Shown here: in pieces, positions 15,910 through 19,651 of the stretch
How positions within the stretch are numbered: position 1 is the stretch's first letter
Layout: the number at the start of each line of letters is the position of its first letter
Assembly (NCBI GenBank): GCA_034436375.1
Contig: DAOTVS010000329.1
Coordinates: 1 to 19,651 of the forward strand
Source of the DNA: Anaerolineae bacterium
GTDB lineage: Bacteria; Chloroflexota; Anaerolineae; SpSt-313
Direction: 5' to 3'
DNA length: 19,651 bases
Notes under the pieces: model-generated
Told to the model about the DNA's origin: nothing
The model's database searches: none
Seen by the model: the letters and a program-made list of their open reading frames with translations, nothing else
Translations under genes and position numbers: made by a program

Positions 15910-16860
15910 GTGCAACTCGACCGCGCTCTCAAGCCGGCGGGCCCGCGGGCCAACGCCCATCGCTTTCGCCTGTCTCTGCAGCGTCGTGAAGCGATCGCCT
16001 GCGCGTTGTTCATTGCGCCAGCCGTGCTGGGTTTCCTGGTATTCTCGCTCTTTCCTCTCCTGACCTCCGCCGCTCTGAGTCTGACCGACTACCACCTGGC
16101 GGGGTGGCCCCGCTATGTGGGACTGGCCAACTATGCGACGCTGTTCGGGGACGACCTGTGGTGGCAGGCCGTGCGCGTCACGGGCATCTATGCCCTCTGT
16201 GTCGTGCCCCTCTGGCTCATCAACTCCCTCGCTCTGGCGCTGCTGATGAACCAGAACCTCCGCGGCATGAACGTCTTTCGTACCATCTACTACCTGCCGG
16301 CGATGCTCTCGGGGGTAGCGGTCTCGATGCTGTGGATCTGGTTGCTCAGCTATCGCTACGGGCTGATCAACACCTCGCTCCGCCTGGTGGGCGTCCAGGG
16401 ACCCAACTGGGTGGGCGACAAGCGCTGGGCGCTTTTCTCCATCATCCTGATGAGCCAGTGGAGTGTTGGCTGGTACCTGCCTACCTGGCTGGGGGCGCTG
16501 CAGAATATCCCGACTGAGCTCTACGAGGCCGCCTCCATCGACGGCGGCGGGTGGTGGGCTCGCATCCGCTATATCACCCTGCCCATGCTCAGCGCGGTGA
16601 TCTTTTACAACCTGATCATGAACATCATCTGGGCCACTCAGCTTTTCACCGAAGTGTTCATGGTGACGGGAGGAGGTCCCCAGTTCAGCACCCTCAGCTA
16701 TATGCTCTACCTCTACAACAATGCCTTTGGTTACTCCAAGATGGGCGTAGCTTCGGCCATGAGTTGGCTGTTGTTCCTCGCCGTCCTCCTGCTGACGATC
16801 GCCGTGTTCCGGTCGAGCCCGGCGTGGGTCTACTATGAGGCGGAAAGGAGGCGCGCCTGA
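15910..16860 (+). CDS. ABC transporter permease (MalF/UgpA-like, 6 TM, with EAA-loop region ...YEAASIDGGGWWARIRYITLP...)
   Basis: In-frame GTG 15910 preceded by GAGGAGG (6-nt spacer). The ORF-track ORF 15634..16860 has no Met before this. Stop TGA overlaps the next gene's ATG (TGATG). Confidence 0.75.
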   Translation: MQLDRALKPAGPRANAHRFRLSLQRREAIACALFIAPAVLGFLVFSLFPLLTSAALSLTDYHLAGWPRYVGLANYATLFGDDLWWQAVRVTGIYALCVVPLWLINSLALALLMNQNLRGMNVFRTIYYLPAMLSGVAVSMLWIWLLSYRYGLINTSLRLVGVQGPNWVGDKRWALFSIILMSQWSVGWYLPTWLGALQNIPTELYEAASIDGGGWWARIRYITLPMLSAVIFYNLIMNIIWATQLFTEVFMVTGGGPQFSTLSYMLYLYNNAFGYSKMGVASAMSWLLFLAVLLLTIAVFRSSPAWVYYEAERRRA

Positions 16861-17744
16861 TGAGCACTCCCACGCGGGCTACCCTGCCGCGCCAGCCTTT
16901 CTGGAGCCGGCGCATGCGCCGGACGCTCTTGAAGGTCCTGACCTACTTGGCACTGGTCACGGGTAGCCTCCTCTTCCTGTTCCCGCTGTACTGGCAGGTC
17001 AGCACCTCGCTCAAGACCGCGCAGGATACTGTGCGCTTCCCGCCAGTGTGGTTTCCCGTGCCTCTACAGTGGGGGAACTATCCTGAGCTGTTGCACCGTT
17101 TCCCCTTTGCCCTCTATATGCGCAACTCGGTGTTCATTAGCGCCCTGGTCATCCTGGGTACGCTGCTCTCCAGTTCGTTGGCAGCCTATGGCTTCGCCCG
17201 CCTGCGCATGCCGGGGCGCGATATCATCTTTATGGTCCTGCTCTCTACCCTTATGCTGCCGGGCGCCGTGCTGCTGATCCCACAGTTCGTCATGTTCCAG
17301 AGCCTGCACTGGGTCAACACCTACAACCCGCTCATCGTGCCGGCTTTCTTCGGGAATCCGTTCTCCATCTTTCTAATGCGCCAGTTCTTCATGGGCGTTC
17401 CGCACGATCTGGAAGATGCGGCACGCATCGATGGCGCCGGCTACCTGCGTACTTACGGTCAGATCGTTCTACCCCTGGCGCGCCCGGCTCTGCTGGCCGT
17501 GGCGATCTATACCTTCCTGAGCACCTGGAACGACTTTCTCGGCCCTCTGATCTACCTGAGCGACGAGCAAAAGTACACAGTGGCCGTAGCCCTGCGTTAC
17601 CTTCAAGGCAGTGTGCGCACCCGACCAGAGAACCACCTGCTCATGGCGGCGGCGACGCTTTCCATTATCCCATGCGTCCTGGTCTTCTTCTTTGCCCAAA
17701 GGCAATTCATCCAGGGTACAGTGATCTCGGGGGTGAAAGGGTAG
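16860..17744 (+). CDS. ABC transporter permease (MalG/UgpE-like; EAA motif ...DLEDAARIDGAGYLRTYGQIVLPLARPAL...)
   Basis: 294-aa ORF. One-nucleotide overlap with the upstream permease gene. Typical CUT1 inner-membrane component. Confidence 0.85.
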   Translation: MSTPTRATLPRQPFWSRRMRRTLLKVLTYLALVTGSLLFLFPLYWQVSTSLKTAQDTVRFPPVWFPVPLQWGNYPELLHRFPFALYMRNSVFISALVILGTLLSSSLAAYGFARLRMPGRDIIFMVLLSTLMLPGAVLLIPQFVMFQSLHWVNTYNPLIVPAFFGNPFSIFLMRQFFMGVPHDLEDAARIDGAGYLRTYGQIVLPLARPALLAVAIYTFLSTWNDFLGPLIYLSDEQKYTVAVALRYLQGSVRTRPENHLLMAAATLSIIPCVLVFFFAQRQFIQGTVISGVKG

Positions 17745-17803
17745 ACGCACACCAGATTTTGAGTCTTTGAAGCTTACTCTTAAATGAAGAATGGATATAA
17801 GCT

Positions 17804-19258
17804 ATGACCCATAGCAGAAGCGAACCTTTCTACATGCGTATCTTGAGCGATGCGGAGATTGAGCGCATCTACGACGGCGCGGTGCACGTGCTGTTGCAGA
17901 CTGGCTTTCGCGTGCAGCACCGGGGGCTGCTGGAGCGCCTCGAAAAGCGCGGCGCCCGGGTGGACTATGCGCGCGAGGTCTTTTGGCCGACACCGGAGAT
18001 GATCCGCGAAGTGGAAGCCAGCGCGCGCCGTGGGGCAGGGGAGCCTGCACCCGAGCCTGTGCTGCGCCGGCCCCTGCCGCAGGGCCAACGCGTGGGCTAT
18101 AACGGCACGCTCTACTATGACTGGACAGAGGGCATCCAGCGCCCGGCGACCCTGCAGGACGTGCGCGATATGGTCAAGGTCTGCCACGCCCTGCCCGAGG
18201 TGACGGCGCTGGGACCCTGCATGACGGCCCAGGATGTGCCCTCGCCGGTCGAGCCCCTCGTGAGCTTTGCTGAGGCCATCAAGCTCTCGGATCGGGCAAC
18301 CGTCGGGGTGGAGTTGATCCTGCCGGAGCAACTCCCCTACCTGGAGGAGCTCTTTACCATCGCCCGCGGCGAGCAGGTCTACTACCGTTCCGACGGCTAT
18401 GCCCTCAACCGCTTCACCGTCGATGCCCGAGCTGCCGGCTGCCTGATGGCGATTTGGGAGCGGCGTGGCCTGGAAAGCTGGGCGGTGAGCAGTTGCCCGG
18501 TGGCCGGCGCGAGCGCTCCGGTCACGATTGCCGGGTCCATTGTGGTCGCTGTCGCTGAAACGTTGGGCGCTTGGTGCGCGCCCTGGGCCCTGAGCGAGGA
18601 CTGCCACCTCGGCGCCATCCCTTGCTCGGGTATCATGGATATGCGCACTACGCGCGTTCTCTTTAGCACACCGGAGGCCATTCTGATCGATGTGGGCCTC
18701 TACCAGGTGCTGGACCGTGTGCTTGGTGTCAAGACAGGCATGCTTACCGACTATACCGACGCCAAGGTGCCTGGCCTGCAGGCCATGAACGACAAGGTCT
18801 TCAAGGGTCTGGCCTACAACTGGCTCACCAGCCGGCCTGACCGGCAGCACCGGGGCATGCTCGAAGCGGGCAAAGCCTTCTCCCCGACCCAACTCATGAT
18901 CGATTTCGAGCTTAACCGGGAGTTGGCCCAACTGGCGCGCGGTGTGGAGGTGAACGACGATACCCTCGCCCTCGATGAGATTGCCGCCATCGGTCTTGAC
19001 CATGCACGCTCGTACCTGGACGAGGAACATACCTTCCGCCATTTCCGGTCGGAGCTCTGGTCGCCCGAATTGATGGACCGCACCTGTTGGGACACATCTA
19101 CGGAGGAGCGGCGCAAGGAACAGGCCCTGCTGCACCAGGCCGAGGAAAAGTGGCGAGCCGCACTTGCTCGCTATGAGCAACCCGCGGTTCCAGCGGAGAA
19201 GATCCGCGCCGCCGAGGCGGTGGTGGCGCGGGCAAAGCGGGCCATGGGAGTCTGCTAG
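17804..19258 (+). CDS. MttB-superfamily (trimethylamine methyltransferase-like, non-pyrrolysine) methyltransferase
   Basis: 484-aa uninterrupted ORF. The N-terminus (MRILSDAEIERIYDGAVHVLLQTGFRVQHRGLLERLEKRGARVDY), overall length and the C-terminal helical region match MttB-family proteins. No in-frame TAG. Preceded by an unusually AT-rich leader. Confidence 0.75.
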   Translation: MTHSRSEPFYMRILSDAEIERIYDGAVHVLLQTGFRVQHRGLLERLEKRGARVDYAREVFWPTPEMIREVEASARRGAGEPAPEPVLRRPLPQGQRVGYNGTLYYDWTEGIQRPATLQDVRDMVKVCHALPEVTALGPCMTAQDVPSPVEPLVSFAEAIKLSDRATVGVELILPEQLPYLEELFTIARGEQVYYRSDGYALNRFTVDARAAGCLMAIWERRGLESWAVSSCPVAGASAPVTIAGSIVVAVAETLGAWCAPWALSEDCHLGAIPCSGIMDMRTTRVLFSTPEAILIDVGLYQVLDRVLGVKTGMLTDYTDAKVPGLQAMNDKVFKGLAYNWLTSRPDRQHRGMLEAGKAFSPTQLMIDFELNRELAQLARGVEVNDDTLALDEIAAIGLDHARSYLDEEHTFRHFRSELWSPELMDRTCWDTSTEERRKEQALLHQAEEKWRAALARYEQPAVPAEKIRAAEAVVARAKRAMGVC

Positions 19259-19354
19259 GTCGCAGCCCCGGGCCATCACCTTGATTCCCTCCGTAAATGG
19301 TCAATGCTTGGCCCATCATTGGCGTAACCACACTCATAGGGGCGCTGGTTCCCG

Positions 19355-19360
19355 TATAAT
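19355..19360 (+). promoter_or_regulatory. Perfect TATAAT hexamer (possible -10) 80 nt upstream of the second MttB gene. Followed by hairpin GGCCTG-N15-CAGGCC (19369-19395).
   Basis: Read directly. The -35 is weak (ACTCAT). Confidence 0.3.
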
Positions 19361-19440
19361 AGAGACACCGGCCTGGGAGCATCGCGTGTGCAGGCCTTGC
19401 AGGGTCCCCAGGACCTGCTGGCCTCCGTAGGAAGGATGAC

Positions 19441-19651
19441 ATGATACGATCGCCGCATGAGATGAGATTATTCACGGACGATGAGTTGGAGCGATTGCAC
19501 CAGGGGGCGCTCGCCATCCTGGCCGACCCGGGCATGAAGATCATGGCCCCGTCGCTGCTGGCCGCTTTGGAGGAGCACGGTGCCCGGGTTGACCATGGTC
19601 GGCAGGTTGTCCGCTTTCCGGGGCGTCTGGTGGAAGAGACCCTGGCCGGGA
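19441..19651 (+). CDS. Second MttB-superfamily methyltransferase paralog (partial, 5' end only)
   Basis: MIRSPHEMRLFTDDELERLHQGALAILADPGMKIMAPSLLAALEEHGARVDHGRQV... parallels the N-terminus of the upstream MttB gene (F-x-DxE-ER-I/L-hxxAL-IL...G-xxV...LLxxLExxGARVD). GGAAGGA SD upstream. Truncated by the window end. Confidence 0.65.
   Translation, partial: MIRSPHEMRLFTDDELERLHQGALAILADPGMKIMAPSLLAALEEHGARVDHGRQVVRFPGRLVEETLAG

Noticed and set aside
19259-19440. Cobalamin riboswitch upstream of the second MttB gene
   Set aside because: Only a loose resemblance to a B12-box (CAGGACCTGC). The region is far too short (~180 nt, with a promoter-like TATAAT inside) and lacks the conserved multi-stem architecture.
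1-19651. CRISPR arrays, IS elements/transposases, rRNA genes
   Set aside because: No regularly spaced direct repeats with unique spacers, no transposase-like ORFs or terminal inverted repeats, and no rRNA-like conserved stretches were seen.

Overview
This is a GC-rich (~65-68%) bacterial chromosomal window with strong GGAGG-type ribosome-binding sites. The lineage cannot be placed from sequence alone, though the style resembles Chloroflexota or GC-rich Actinobacteria. No IS elements, integrases or CRISPR arrays were seen. The window holds these units:

- **Partner-switching module (231-5029, minus strand):** a membrane-anchored PP2C (RsbU/SpoIIE-type) phosphatase with four GAF domains, a STAS antagonist, an RsbW-like anti-sigma kinase and a second STAS protein. 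No sigma factor lies in the window. Highly structured intergenic DNA flanks and interrupts the module.
- **5100-9003:** an O-antigen-ligase-family membrane protein, a small hypothetical gene, a tRNA-Sec(UCA) gene with the bacterial 8/5 acceptor/T-stem architecture and its promoter, a small plus-strand ORF, and an SPFH/band-7 membrane protein.
- **9295-14118:** a Gfo/Idh/MocA oxidoreductase, a hybrid sensor histidine kinase with a degenerate and an intact receiver domain, and a convergently overlapping regulator fusing a sigma-70-region-4-like HTH, a degenerate HATPase and a receiver domain.
- **14119-19651:** a divergent operator-like repeat, then an operon encoding a CUT1-type ABC importer (Tat-lipoprotein substrate-binding protein plus two permeases, no ATPase gene) followed by two tandem non-pyrrolysine MttB-superfamily methyltransferase genes (the second truncated by the window end).

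The most interesting candidates are:

- the MttB tandem locus with its dedicated importer and atypical regulator;
- the tRNA-Sec gene, which lies far from any sel genes;
- the unusual regulator architecture;
- the repeat-rich regulatory DNA inside the partner-switching operon.

Gene calls rest on the six-frame ORF track plus motif recognition by eye. Family assignments are from memory of domain signatures, not from searches.
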